Part shown: one piece after another, positions 40,692 to 50,172 of the stretch
How the letters are laid out: each line of letters opens with the position of its first letter
How positions within the stretch are numbered: position 1 is the first letter of the stretch
Assembly (NCBI GenBank): GCA_013426795.1
Contig: JACDZF010000001.1
Span: 15,552 to 79,551 of the forward strand
Source of the DNA: Desulfocapsa sp.
GTDB lineage: Bacteria > Desulfobacterota > Desulfobulbia > Desulfobulbales > Desulfocapsaceae
Reading direction: 5' to 3'
DNA length: 64,000 nt
Translations under genes and position numbers: made by a program
The notes under the pieces: generated by a model
The model's database searches: none
What the model saw: the letters and a program-made list of their open reading frames with translations, nothing else
What the model was told of the DNA's origin: nothing

Positions 40692-41381
40692 ATGAAAAAG
40701 TATGGCGCGGAGTTTTTTGGAACTTTCTGGTTGGTCCTGGGCGGGTGCGGGAGTGCGGTTTTAGGGGCGGCGTTTCCAAATCTCGGCATCGGACACTTAG
40801 GGGTGGCGCTGGCATTTGGTTTGACCGTCCTCACCATGGCCTTTACCATCGGCCACATATCCGGATGTCATCTCAACCCGGCCGTGTCTTTTGGCCTTTG
40901 GGCCGGCGGTCGCTTCCCGGCAAAAGAGCTGGTTCCCTACATTGCCGCCCAGGTTTTAGGCGGCATTGTCGCTGGTGGTGTTCTCTACCTTATCGCCAGC
41001 GGCAAGGCCGGCTTTGAACTCTCCGCCGGCTTTGCGTCAAACGGCTATGGCGCCCATTCGCCGGGCGGCTACAGCCTCTTTGCGGCTCTCATCAGTGAAG
41101 TCGTCATGACCATGATGTTTCTCATCGTCATTATGGGCAGCACCGACAAACGGGCGCCGCAGGGTTTTGCCCCTATTTCCATCGGCCTCTGCCTGACCCT
41201 TATCCATCTGATCAGCATCCCGGTCACCAACACCTCGGTGAACCCTGCCCGCAGCACCGCGGTTGCCCTGTTTGTCGGCGACTGGGCGCTGGCCCAGCTC
41301 TGGCTGTTCTGGGTGGCTCCCATCATTGGCGGGATCCTTGGCGCTCTGATCTATCGCTTTCTCATCAGTGAAGAGAGCTAA
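40692..41381 (+). CDS. aqpZ: Aquaporin Z
   Basis: Two NPA boxes (HLNPAVS, VNPARS), six TM segments and 229 aa. Confidence 0.93.
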   Translation: MKKYGAEFFGTFWLVLGGCGSAVLGAAFPNLGIGHLGVALAFGLTVLTMAFTIGHISGCHLNPAVSFGLWAGGRFPAKELVPYIAAQVLGGIVAGGVLYLIASGKAGFELSAGFASNGYGAHSPGGYSLFAALISEVVMTMMFLIVIMGSTDKRAPQGFAPISIGLCLTLIHLISIPVTNTSVNPARSTAVALFVGDWALAQLWLFWVAPIIGGILGALIYRFLISEES

Positions 41382-41828
41382 CTCCAGGTAACCGGAAAGA
41401 ACCAGGGACATATCCTCGGCAGCAGCTTCATCATCAGGAAATCGTCCCAGACCGCCTGAAGCTGTGCGTCATCAGAAGGATTGAAGCAGACCACCGACAG
41501 CAGAGCCTCGTTCAAGGCGCGATGGGCCAAGACAAACGGGGTATCTTTGAAGATTCCGTTAACGGCCTCGAGCAGGTTGATGGTTCGCTCTCCGTCCGGA
41601 TCAGCTTTCACACCGGAGAGATCGTTTAGGGGGTATCTGCGACAGAACGGGGAAGCCAAACGTCTTCGGGCGGTTCTCCGGCGCAAAAAACTGTCCGTAA
41701 TCATTTCGGAAAAATTCGCCGAAGTCGATGGTCAGGGCACGGTCAATCACCTTGCGGGAGAATCCGTGCGTGGTTTCATCCATAGTAACCGTACCGGCCA
41801 CAATGTTTGCAGAGATCAGGAAGGGGTG
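41380..41828 (-). pseudogene. Decayed C-terminal fragment of a McrB-like (COG1401, AAA_5) restriction GTPase
   Basis: Two reading-frame pieces. One is ISANIVAGTVTMDETTHGFSRKVIDRALTIDF, a sensor/arginine-finger region typical of McrB-type AAA+. The other, in a different frame, is RTINLLEAVNGIFKDTPFVLAHRALNEA...FLMMKLLPRI. There is no N-terminal half, and the fragment abuts the mazF stop. Confidence 0.6.
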
Positions 41829-42155
41829 CTATTCACCATACATTTCTGTAATGATTCTGCGTAACTGTGAAGCATTATTAGCAGGTAACTCATCAATTTT
41901 TTTCTTTAGCCGTGCTTTGCTGATTGTTCGTATCTGATCGACAGCAACTTCAGCCTGTTTGCCGGTACAGGAAATCTGAAGGCGTGTTCTCCATGTTTGG
42001 TGGATTTTTGAAGTTATCGGGCAAATAACAACCGTTTCTAAATATTTGTTCATGGCGTCATCGCTGATTATCACGACCGGTCGGATTTTGTTGATTTCGC
42101 TGCCGAGGGTCGGGTTCAGATCTGCAAAATAGATTTCGTATCGCTTAGGCGTCAA
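41829..42155 (-). CDS. mazF: MazF/PemK-family type II toxin (endoribonuclease)
   Basis: PKRYEIYFADLNPTLGSEINKIRPVVIISDD...VVICPITS...QIRTISKARL. The likely start is TTG at 42155, overlapping the antitoxin stop. The open frame extends to ATG 42212. Confidence 0.85.
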   Translation of the reverse strand: MTPKRYEIYFADLNPTLGSEINKIRPVVIISDDAMNKYLETVVICPITSKIHQTWRTRLQISCTGKQAEVAVDQIRTISKARLKKKIDELPANNASQLRRIITEMYGE

Positions 42156-42417
42156 AGTCGTCCTCCTCAAATCCGTCAAGGATGGTTTGGTCATATTCAT
42201 TCCAGTCTTCATCCTCGTTCGCCATAGCTTTATAGGTGTCAGTCCAGGAGAGTTTGTCGTCCTGCTTTTTTCGAAGGAGAAGCCCCTGGGCGGTTTCTTC
42301 CAGAATCAGGGAATGAGTGAAACCGTATTTTTGCAACAGGGCTTTGGGTAAGCGAACTCCAAGAGAGTTGCCTATATGCACTATCTTAATATCTCTGGAG
42401 CGTAACGTATTATCCAT
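42145..42417 (-). CDS. mazE: AbrB/MazE/SpoVT-family antitoxin
   Basis: Swapped-hairpin motif IKIVHIGNSLGVRLPKALLQKYGF and an acidic C-terminal tail (EDEDWNEYDQTILDGFEEDDFDA). Start taken at ATG 42417. Confidence 0.8.
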   Translation of the reverse strand: MDNTLRSRDIKIVHIGNSLGVRLPKALLQKYGFTHSLILEETAQGLLLRKKQDDKLSWTDTYKAMANEDEDWNEYDQTILDGFEEDDFDA

Positions 42418-42733
42418 GGCGGCACCGACAGTTCTAAGGTTAACGGTGGTATTGTGATTACAGTAATTACATGGTGCCATAGGAAGCATGACAAATCAAG
42501 ACAAAATTTACTGAAAATCAGGCCAACAGAACCACTTGCAGTTGCGTCCTTCGAACAAAGTTCATTGCAGCGGTGATGGTTCTCGTGGGCCTTGGCGGCA
42601 GCAAGAGAAAGCACAGAATTCTATCCGTCAGATTTCGATGAAAAAGGACAGAACCATTTTCCGTCTTTTATTTTGTTCATGCACAGATAAAGGGGAATGA
42701 ATCAGTCCATGAACGAACCGCCGGCCAAAAAAC

Positions 42734-42763
42734 TTGACAACCTTCGGGCTGGAGTGCTATCAA
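42734..42763 (+). promoter_or_regulatory. Candidate sigma70 promoter for ndk
   Basis: TTGACA (42734-39), an 18-nt spacer, then TATCAA (42758-63), about 65 nt upstream of the ndk ATG. Confidence 0.3.
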
Positions 42764-42827
42764 GAACGTTCTCAATTTAAGCTCAACCTGAAATCAGGAT
42801 AATTTTAAACACCCATCGGAGGAACAC

Positions 42828-43241
42828 ATGGAACGTACATTCGCAATCATCAAGCCGGACGCAGTGGAGCGCAGGCTGGCCGGTAAAATTCTGGACCGCA
42901 TTGAATCAAAGGGTTTCAATATTGTCGGCATGAAGAAGATCCATCTCAGCAGAACCCAGGCTGAAGGCTTCTACTCTGTGCACAAAGAACGCCCCTTCTT
43001 CAACGACCTGTGCACCTTTATGTCCCGCAGCCCGGTGATCGTGCTTTGCCTCGAGAAGGAAAATGCCATCGCCGACTGGCGCACCCTGATGGGCGCGACC
43101 AACCCGGCCAATGCTGAGCCGGGAACCATCCGCAAGGATTTTGCCGTCAATATCGAGGAGAACTCCTCGCACGGCTCCGACGCCCCTGAAACCGCTGCCT
43201 TCGAGATTCCTTACTTCTTCAGCGCCCTGGAACTGGTTTAA
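42828..43241 (+). CDS. ndk: Nucleoside diphosphate kinase
   Basis: [12 protein letters not shown] start, NxxHGSD active-site region (ENSSHGSDA) and 137 aa. Confidence 0.95.
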   Translation: MERTFAIIKPDAVERRLAGKILDRIESKGFNIVGMKKIHLSRTQAEGFYSVHKERPFFNDLCTFMSRSPVIVLCLEKENAIADWRTLMGATNPANAEPGTIRKDFAVNIEENSSHGSDAPETAAFEIPYFFSALELV

Positions 43242-43266
43242 TTCACTCATCCAAACCAGCCGCAAC

Positions 43267-43299
43267 AAAGGCTCTTCGCAAGAAGGGCCTTTGTCGTTT
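43267..43299 (+). terminator. Stem-loop terminator after ndk
   Basis: AAAGGCTCTTC-GCAA-GAAGGGCCTTT forms an 11-bp stem with one G-U pair and a GNRA-like tetraloop, followed by a T-rich GTCGTTTG. Confidence 0.5.
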
Positions 43300-43366
43300 G
43301 ATTTCAAAGAGAGACCCCGAGAGACTCAAAAACACGCCTTTCAGCAGCAGCCAGCGATATGCAAAA

Positions 43367-44251
43367 ATGACAGAAAAAAATCATTATTTCGAACACGTGG
43401 ACGAATGCGTCGGTTTCCTGCGAGATCGGCTGCCCTTTATCCCGTCCATCGTTATCCAGCTGGGAACGGGACTGGGTGGTCTGGCCGGACAGGTGCAGGC
43501 CGCGCTGACCCTGTCATACGGCGAAATCCCGAACTTTCCCACCTCGACGGTGAGCAGTCATCAGGGCAACCTGATTGTCGGCCATCTGCACGGAATTCCG
43601 GTCATTATTCTGCAGGGGCGTTTTCATTGCTATGAAGGCTATACGAGCAAAGAAGTCGCCTTTCCCATCCGTGTCCTCTCCCTGCTTGGCGTCCGCACCC
43701 TGATCCTGACCAACGCGGCGGGCGGGCTCAATCCGGCCATCGCCCCCGGCTCGATCATGATCTTCCGCGACCACCTCAACCTGCTCGGCGACAACCCTCT
43801 ACGCGGCCCTAATGTGGAGAGCTGGGGGCCCCGTTTCCCCGATTTTTCGGTGCCCTATGGCCCCGCGCTCATCGCCCTGGCCCAGGAGTGCGCCCGGGCC
43901 TGCAAACTGGATCGGGTGATCACCGGCGTCTATGCCTGCATCCCCGGCCCAAGCCTTGAAACCCCGGCGGAAACCCGCTGGCTCCGGGCCTGTGGTGCCG
44001 ATGCCGTGGGTATGTCGTCCATCCCCGAGATCATTGTCGCCCGCCACGGCGGCATGGATGTTCTGGCCCTGTCGGTGATCTCCAATGTCAATGATCCCGA
44101 GCGGATGCAGCCCATTATTCTGGAAGAAATCATCGCCGCCGCTATAGCCGTCCAACCTCAGCTTGAACATCTTATTGGGGAAATTATCAGGAGAATCCAT
44201 GCCGGAAATACCACCACCCTTGACGACAATGCCGCCAGCTCACCAGGCTGA
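43367..44251 (+). CDS. Purine nucleoside phosphorylase family-2 enzyme (PNP / MTA- or MTI-phosphorylase type)
   Basis: Motifs GRFHCYEGY, LTNAAGGLN, GPSLETPAE and VGMSSIPE. Start taken at ATG 43367. Confidence 0.85.
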   Translation: MTEKNHYFEHVDECVGFLRDRLPFIPSIVIQLGTGLGGLAGQVQAALTLSYGEIPNFPTSTVSSHQGNLIVGHLHGIPVIILQGRFHCYEGYTSKEVAFPIRVLSLLGVRTLILTNAAGGLNPAIAPGSIMIFRDHLNLLGDNPLRGPNVESWGPRFPDFSVPYGPALIALAQECARACKLDRVITGVYACIPGPSLETPAETRWLRACGADAVGMSSIPEIIVARHGGMDVLALSVISNVNDPERMQPIILEEIIAAAIAVQPQLEHLIGEIIRRIHAGNTTTLDDNAASSPG

Positions 44252-45560
44252 TCTGCTGATCACCGGTCGCTGGCTCCTGCCCACCTCCCGCCAGCGGGAT
44301 GCCATCGCCGGGGGCGGGGTGGCCGTACGGGGAGATCGAATCATCGCCATGGGAAGGGCCGATGAACTTGCGGCCCGCTACCCGGATGCCCGGCGGCTCC
44401 ATGAGGAGCACGGCCTGATCATGCCGGGGCTGGTCAACACCCACACCCACGCCGCCATGGCCTGTTTCCGGGGGCTGGCCGATGATCTGCCCCTTATGAC
44501 CTGGCTGGAAGACCATATCTTTCCCGCCGAAGCCAGGCTCAGCCCTGACATCGTTTACCAATCCACCCTGCTCTCCCTGGCCGAGATGATCAAATCCGGC
44601 ACCACCAGCTTCTGCGATATGTATCTTTTTGCCGGCGAGGTGGCCCGCGCCGCCCATCAGTCCGGGATGCGGGCCTGGATCGGCGAGGTCTTGTATGACT
44701 TTCCCTCACCCAATTACGGGGAGCTTGAAAATGGATTTGCCTACGTGGCAGACCTGTTCAGACAGTACCAGGATCATCCCCTGATCACCATCACCGCCGA
44801 CCCCCATGGCGTCTACACCTGTTCGCCGGATCTTCTGCTGCGACTGGGGGCAATGGCCACGGAACACAACTGCCCCTATGTGATCCACCTCTCCGAGAAC
44901 GCGGCGGAGGTGACCCTCTGCCGGGAACGCCATGGCTGCACCCCGGTGGAGCACCTGGAAAGACTGGGACTGCTCAACCCGCGGACGCTGGCGGTGCATT
45001 GCGTCGTTGTCGATGACAGGGAGATCGGGATTCTCGCCGCCCACGGAGTCAAGGTGGCGCACTGCCCTGAGTCGAACATGAAACTTGCCTCCGGCCCGGC
45101 GCCGGTGGCAGGGCTCCTTCGCGCCGGGGTCACCCTGGGCCTGGGCACGGATGGCAGCGCCAGCAACAATGATGTGGATATGTTCGGCGAAATGAATTCC
45201 GCAGCCAAGCTCCATAAGCTCATCACCATGAATCCCACCGTCATGGACGCCGAGACCACACTCCACATGGCCACCCTGGGCGGGGCATCCTGCCTACAGG
45301 CAGATTCTGACATCGGGAGCCTCACCGTCGGCAAAAAGGCGGACATCATCGTCCTTGACCTCAATCAGCCGCACCTCACACCCCTCTACAATATCCCCTC
45401 GCATCTGGTCTACGCGGCCCGGGGCGCGGATGTGATCCATTCCATTATTAACGGCAGACTGGTCATGCGCCACCGCCAGCTCCTGACCCTGGATGAAGGA
45501 GCGATTCTGACCCGCATGGAGGAGATTGGTCGGACCATCCTGACCTCGAGAAATCATTGA
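44199..45560 (+). CDS. mtaD: 5-methylthioadenosine/S-adenosylhomocysteine deaminase-like amidohydrolase
   Basis: Amidohydrolase HxH (NTHTHAAM), HLSE, HCV and GTDG motifs. AGGAGA SD lies 4 nt before ATG 44199. Overlaps the PNP 3' end. Confidence 0.8.
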   Translation: MPEIPPPLTTMPPAHQADLLITGRWLLPTSRQRDAIAGGGVAVRGDRIIAMGRADELAARYPDARRLHEEHGLIMPGLVNTHTHAAMACFRGLADDLPLMTWLEDHIFPAEARLSPDIVYQSTLLSLAEMIKSGTTSFCDMYLFAGEVARAAHQSGMRAWIGEVLYDFPSPNYGELENGFAYVADLFRQYQDHPLITITADPHGVYTCSPDLLLRLGAMATEHNCPYVIHLSENAAEVTLCRERHGCTPVEHLERLGLLNPRTLAVHCVVVDDREIGILAAHGVKVAHCPESNMKLASGPAPVAGLLRAGVTLGLGTDGSASNNDVDMFGEMNSAAKLHKLITMNPTVMDAETTLHMATLGGASCLQADSDIGSLTVGKKADIIVLDLNQPHLTPLYNIPSHLVYAARGADVIHSIINGRLVMRHRQLLTLDEGAILTRMEEIGRTILTSRNH

Positions 45561-45651
45561 CTTTCTAGCTGAACTGCTCTAAATTCATGCAAAAGCTGAT
45601 CGTATCTGGTTCTGCTCTTTTTTTCATTTCTTCACCCCATGAGGTAGAAAC

Positions 45652-45840
45652 ATGTTTGGACTTGGAATGCCGGAACTGGTTATTATTCTGGTGATTATTG
45701 TTATTATCTTTGGTGCCGGCAAACTTCCTGAAATTGGTTCGGGAATCGGCAAGGGAATCAAAAACTTCAAGGAAGCCACCAAAAAAGAAGAGGCGCAAAA
45801 AAAACTGGACGATGACAGCAAAGACGACTCTGCCACCTGA
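45652..45840 (+). CDS. tatA: Twin-arginine translocase subunit TatA/E
   Basis: [40 protein letters not shown]. Confidence 0.9.
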   Translation: MFGLGMPELVIILVIIVIIFGAGKLPEIGSGIGKGIKNFKEATKKEEAQKKLDDDSKDDSAT

Positions 45841-45897
45841 TCGATGACCGGCAGTCCTTTGCTTGCAGCGCCCCCCACATTCATTGAGGAGTAGAAT

Positions 45898-46143
45898 ATG
45901 TTTGGTCTCGGAACCCCTGAGCTGGTTATTATCCTGGGTATTGCCTTTCTCGTTTTCGGCGGAAAAAAATTACCGGAAATCGGAGCCGGTCTGGGAAAGG
46001 CCATTTCATCCTTTAAAAACGGCCTGAGCGAGGTGGATAAAGGCGGCAAAGATCTGGTGGACGGCATTCCAGGTATCAAGGAGGTTGCCGCGGTGAAAGA
46101 ACAGGTTCAACAGGTCAAGGACTTAGGCAAGATCCTGAAATAG
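45898..46143 (+). CDS. Second TatA/TatB-family subunit
   Basis: MFGLGTPELVIILGIAFLVFGGKKLPEIGAGLGKAISSFKNG with a longer amphipathic tail. Confidence 0.85.
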   Translation: MFGLGTPELVIILGIAFLVFGGKKLPEIGAGLGKAISSFKNGLSEVDKGGKDLVDGIPGIKEVAAVKEQVQQVKDLGKILK

Positions 46144-46195
46144 TTGCTTCCGGTTCTGCCCCATGGCAGGGCAAGACCCCAGTCTTTTATGGTAC

Positions 46196-46240
46196 AGGCG
46201 GTTTTTTCTTCTTTGAAAAAACCGCCTTTTTCTTTTTCTT
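46196..46240 (+). terminator. Rho-independent terminator after the tatA pair
   Basis: AGGCGGTTTTTT (46196-207) and AAAAAACCGCCT (46216-227) form a perfect 12-bp stem, followed by TTTTCTTTTTCTT. Confidence 0.8.
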
Positions 46241-46601
46241 CCACAGCAAACCCATTCCCGCCAGGCAGATTTGCCCCACCCCCCGCCCAAAAAACCACCC
46301 TGATAAACGGGCATCACCGGCAAAGGCGCGATCCCTGCACACCTGACGGGCCAGCGAGCTGGCTGGTATTGACCCGGCTCCATCCACCCTTGGGCAGCAC
46401 CTCTACTTTCTTTTAAAGACCCAAGTCTCAGGGAAAGGCGCCAGTGGACTGAATGGGGCCTGGCCAGCCATCCGCCATGCACAATACTGTTTGAGAATCG
46501 TTGCAAATTCAGCGTGAATATGCTACCGAGAAGGTTCATTTTATATTCCTTCCTGGCCTCCAGTCCAGCCCTCTTATTCAACACCATGAAAGGAGAACAC
46601 C

Positions 46602-47945
46602 GTGATCAAGAAAATAATTCTGCGCGATGATGAGATGCCCACCCAATGGTACAACGTGGTGCCCGATATTCCTAACGGATTGCTGCCGCCCCTGGACCCG
46701 GTCACCAAACTCCCCATGGGCCCGGAAAAACTCGGCGCCATCTTCCCCATGGGACTGCTCGAGCAGGAGATGTCATCGGAGCGCTTCATCGACATTCCGG
46801 AAGCGGTGCTGGACGTCTTGAAGATCTGGCGTCCATCTCCGGTGGTGCGGGCCTACAATCTGGAAAAGGCCATCGGCACCAAGGCCAAGATCTATTTCAA
46901 GAATGAAGGAGTCTCACCGGTGGGCTCGCACAAGCCCAACAGCGCCGTGGCCCAGGCCTATTACAATGCCCGCGAAGGGGTGAAGCGGCTTGCCACCGAG
47001 ACCGGCGCCGGTCAATGGGGCAGCGCCCTGGCCTTTGCCGCCGGCAAGTTCGGTCTGGAGTGCAAGGTCTATATGGTGCGGGTCTCCTTTGACCAGAAGC
47101 CCTACCGCAAATCCATGATGAAGACCTTCGGCGCCGACATCGTTTCCAGTCCCAGCGAAGATACCAGCATTGGCCGCAAGATCCGCGAGGAATATCCCGA
47201 CACCGCCGGCTCCCTGGGCATCGCCATCTCCGAGGCCATTGAGGATGCCTTCTCCCGGGAAGATACCAAATACGCCCTGGGCTCCGTGCTCAACCATGTC
47301 ATCCTGCACCAGTCCATCATCGGTCTTGAGGCAAAAAAGCAGATGGAGCTGGCCGGTGATTATCCCGATGTCATTGTCGGCTGCTGCGGCGGCGGCTCCA
47401 ACTTTGCCGGGCTTGCCGTTCCCTATCTCACCGACTATCTGGAAGGCAGGAAGATCCGTTTTGTCGGCGTCGAGCCATCCTCCTGTCCGTCTCTGACCAT
47501 GGGCAAACTGGCCTACGACTTTGGCGATGTGGCCCAGACCACCCCCCTTCTCTATATGTACACCCTGGGACACGACTTCATTCCGCCGGGAATCCATGCC
47601 GGCGGCCTCCGTTACCATGGCATGGCCCCCGTGGTCTCTGCCCTGGTCCGGGAAAAAATCATTGAACCGATCAAGGTGCATCAGCTTGAGTGCTTTGAGG
47701 CCGGCGTTCTCTTTGCCCGCACCGAAGGCATCATCCCCGCTCCCGAGACCTGCCACGCCATCCGCGGCGCCATCATCGAGGCGATGCGGGATAAGGATGA
47801 ACCCAAGACCATCCTCTTCAACTTCTCCGGCCATGGCCTGATTGATATGGCCTCCTATGACAAGTACTTCTCCGGCGATCTGTTCAACTATGATTATCCG
47901 GAAGAGGAAATTGCCAAATCCCTGGCCCGGCTGCCCCAGATATAA
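46602..47945 (+). CDS. TrpB-like PLP-dependent enzyme (tryptophan synthase beta chain 2 type)
   Basis: GTG start, PLP-lysine motif [18 protein letters not shown] loop and 447 aa, typical of the TrpB2 clade. No trpA is adjacent. Confidence 0.85.
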   Translation: MIKKIILRDDEMPTQWYNVVPDIPNGLLPPLDPVTKLPMGPEKLGAIFPMGLLEQEMSSERFIDIPEAVLDVLKIWRPSPVVRAYNLEKAIGTKAKIYFKNEGVSPVGSHKPNSAVAQAYYNAREGVKRLATETGAGQWGSALAFAAGKFGLECKVYMVRVSFDQKPYRKSMMKTFGADIVSSPSEDTSIGRKIREEYPDTAGSLGIAISEAIEDAFSREDTKYALGSVLNHVILHQSIIGLEAKKQMELAGDYPDVIVGCCGGGSNFAGLAVPYLTDYLEGRKIRFVGVEPSSCPSLTMGKLAYDFGDVAQTTPLLYMYTLGHDFIPPGIHAGGLRYHGMAPVVSALVREKIIEPIKVHQLECFEAGVLFARTEGIIPAPETCHAIRGAIIEAMRDKDEPKTILFNFSGHGLIDMASYDKYFSGDLFNYDYPEEEIAKSLARLPQI

Positions 47946-49216
47946 TGTATCGGTCCCGCTCCCGGACAGCGGCGCTGTTCCTCGCCGCTGTCCTCTTCTT
48001 CTGCCCCGCTCTGGGAATTCCCGGCCCGCTCCATGCCGGTCAGGAGCCCTCCGTGGCCCTTCCTGCCAGCCACTATATCCACCAGGGCGGCTATGCCCTG
48101 GCAAGGGATAACGAGATACTGGATGCCGAGAACAGTGAGGTCCCCTTTGTCCCGGCCTCAACCCTGAAGATCATCACCAGCCTGGGGGCCCTGACCATCC
48201 TCGGGCCGGATCATCGTTTTGTCACCCGCATATTCCGGGATGACCAGGAAAACCTCTATATCCAGGGCAATGGCGACCCCTTTCTCCTCACCGAAAATAT
48301 CAGGGCCATTGCCCGGAAGCTCCATGACTCGGGACTTCGCCGGATAAACAATCTGATCCTCGATGAGAGCGCCTTTGCCATCAACGGTCAGGCCGACGGC
48401 AACGATAACACCAGCAATCCCTATGACGCCTGGAACAGCGCCCTGGCCGTGAACTTCAATGCCATCGCCATCCGGGTGAACCCCGACCACAGTGTTTCCC
48501 CGGATGACCCCAAAGTCCCCTTTCTGCCGATGATGCGAAAGATCGGGACGGGCCTGCCGCCCGGACACTACCATCTCAACGTCAACGCCTATCCCGCCAC
48601 CGGAAATCTCTCCAACACCCAGCGCTACAGCGGCGAGCTCTTCGCGGCCCTGATGGCAAGGCAGCAGATTCAGGTCCGCGGCACCATCCTGGTCCGGCCC
48701 ACTCCCGCCCATGCCACCCCCCTGCTGAGTTACTGGTCTGAAAAAACGGTGGCGGAGATGCTCCGGCTCTGCCTCAAATACTCCAATAACTTTGTCGCCA
48801 ACCAGCTCTTTCTCGCCTGCGGTTCTCATCGCTTCGGCACCCCCGCCACCTGGGACAAGGGCCGGGAGGCGCTACGGATTTTCATTGGCGAAGACCTGGA
48901 GTTGTCGGACGCGGAGCTGGTGATGGTCGAAGGCTCCGGCCTTTCCCGGCAAAACCGGATCAGCCCCAAAGCGATGATCCTGGCCCTCCAGAAATTCGCC
49001 CCTTTCAAGGACCTGCTGCCCGTCAGAAACGGCTTCCCCCTCAAATCAGGGACACTCACCGGCGTCTATTGCTACGCCGGCTATATCCCGCAGCAAGGGG
49101 ATGCGCCCTTTGTGATCCTTCTCAACCAGCCCCAGAACCATCGCGACGAACTCCTCCAGATCCTCGCCGTAAGGCAGGATCTCCAGAACATGGCGGCGTT
49201 AAAAAATACGCCATAG
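47945..49216 (+). CDS. dacB: D-alanyl-D-alanine carboxypeptidase/endopeptidase (PBP4, peptidase S13)
   Basis: ASTLKI (SxxK), YSNN (SxN) and KSGTL (KTG-like) motifs, plus a signal peptide. Confidence 0.85.
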   Translation: MYRSRSRTAALFLAAVLFFCPALGIPGPLHAGQEPSVALPASHYIHQGGYALARDNEILDAENSEVPFVPASTLKIITSLGALTILGPDHRFVTRIFRDDQENLYIQGNGDPFLLTENIRAIARKLHDSGLRRINNLILDESAFAINGQADGNDNTSNPYDAWNSALAVNFNAIAIRVNPDHSVSPDDPKVPFLPMMRKIGTGLPPGHYHLNVNAYPATGNLSNTQRYSGELFAALMARQQIQVRGTILVRPTPAHATPLLSYWSEKTVAEMLRLCLKYSNNFVANQLFLACGSHRFGTPATWDKGREALRIFIGEDLELSDAELVMVEGSGLSRQNRISPKAMILALQKFAPFKDLLPVRNGFPLKSGTLTGVYCYAGYIPQQGDAPFVILLNQPQNHRDELLQILAVRQDLQNMAALKNTP

Positions 49217-49691
49217 TCCCCTGATCGGAGCGGATTCTCCCGTTCCTCCCTCATAAATGCTGAAAAAAATACCCATGGAAGCGGGGGGCGCGGGATTCTG
49301 TCAGGAACCGCAAGTTTGGAAGATATTCTTGAAAAATCAAGGAGATCTCTCTGAAACTCACAAACCGGTGATGGCTATTGGCAAGGATAAGGGTCTTCCT
49401 GAAACTCTCAATCAGGCATTCCATATCCGGCTCACTCAGTAAAGAAGACTCCCCTCCCCTGGCAAGAGAGGTTGGAGCTGAGGGAAGCTGCAATGAACCG
49501 TTTTCATGTCTGGTTTTCTCCAACCCGACCCTTCCGTCAGGGGAAAGGCTGGAAAATTTCAGGAAACTCCATTTATGATTTGAAAATGGAAGGGGATGGG
49601 ACTGACCCTGGTCCAGATCGGAAAAAATTACCTTGTTATTCTGGAAGCCCGACATCACTCTGATCCTAAGTATATCAGCGGGATTGAGGCT

Positions 49692-50135
49692 TTAAGGAAG
49701 TGCGTTTTTAATACGACGCATATATGTACTTACAGTGCCGTATTCTGGACCATGAAGTGCTTCTGGACAAGAGTGCTCTATATCTATATACTGCCCAAGC
49801 TTGCTCGTCCAAGAACCATTTTCGAGTTGTCTAGCCATATGGGTTGGAAGACCATTGCTGTCAACGTAGATCACAACTTTTTGGTAATCAGTTTCCAATT
49901 CACCAGATTGGCAGATTTCGTAATCCAAATTTTGAAAAGCCTCCACAAATGATTCAAGTAAAACTGAACGACGAACCCCTGCTGGCCAATATGCTTGCTC
50001 ATTAGGGACAGGCCACCAGAAACGGTCATTCTCTTCCGCAGCCCATGCTATGCAGTTATACTCTGAAGTTTCAGAACTTGTCTGGATATAGTTATTTGCA
50101 TTAAGGTCAGGGAAAGAGTCTTTCAAGGTGGGCAT
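49692..50135 (-). CDS. Hypothetical 147-aa protein with Cys/His motif (island gene C)
   Basis: YNC28IAWAA ... PTH99MARQLENGSWTSKLG resembles a papain/NlpC-P60-like Cys-His arrangement. AT-rich codon usage. Third gene of a co-directional trio. Confidence 0.6.
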   Translation of the reverse strand: MPTLKDSFPDLNANNYIQTSSETSEYNCIAWAAEENDRFWWPVPNEQAYWPAGVRRSVLLESFVEAFQNLDYEICQSGELETDYQKVVIYVDSNGLPTHMARQLENGSWTSKLGQYIDIEHSCPEALHGPEYGTVSTYMRRIKNALP

Positions 50136-50172
50136 ATTGGCTGATAAATTTATTATATTAAAATTGGCAAGG

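Noticed and set aside
46241-46601. 360-bp GC-rich spacer upstream of the TrpB-like gene, checked for a riboswitch, T-box, 6S, RNase P, tmRNA or SRP RNA
   Set aside because: I could see no diagnostic conserved motifs for these RNAs, and the 154-aa minus-strand ORF there looks spurious. An Rfam scan would be needed to say more.
49217-49691. 135-aa minus-strand ORF 49251-49658 and several short plus-strand ORFs between dacB and the AT-rich island
   Set aside because: There are no SD sequences or recognisable motifs, and several frames compete. It may be a degraded remnant at the island edge, but I cannot support a gene call.
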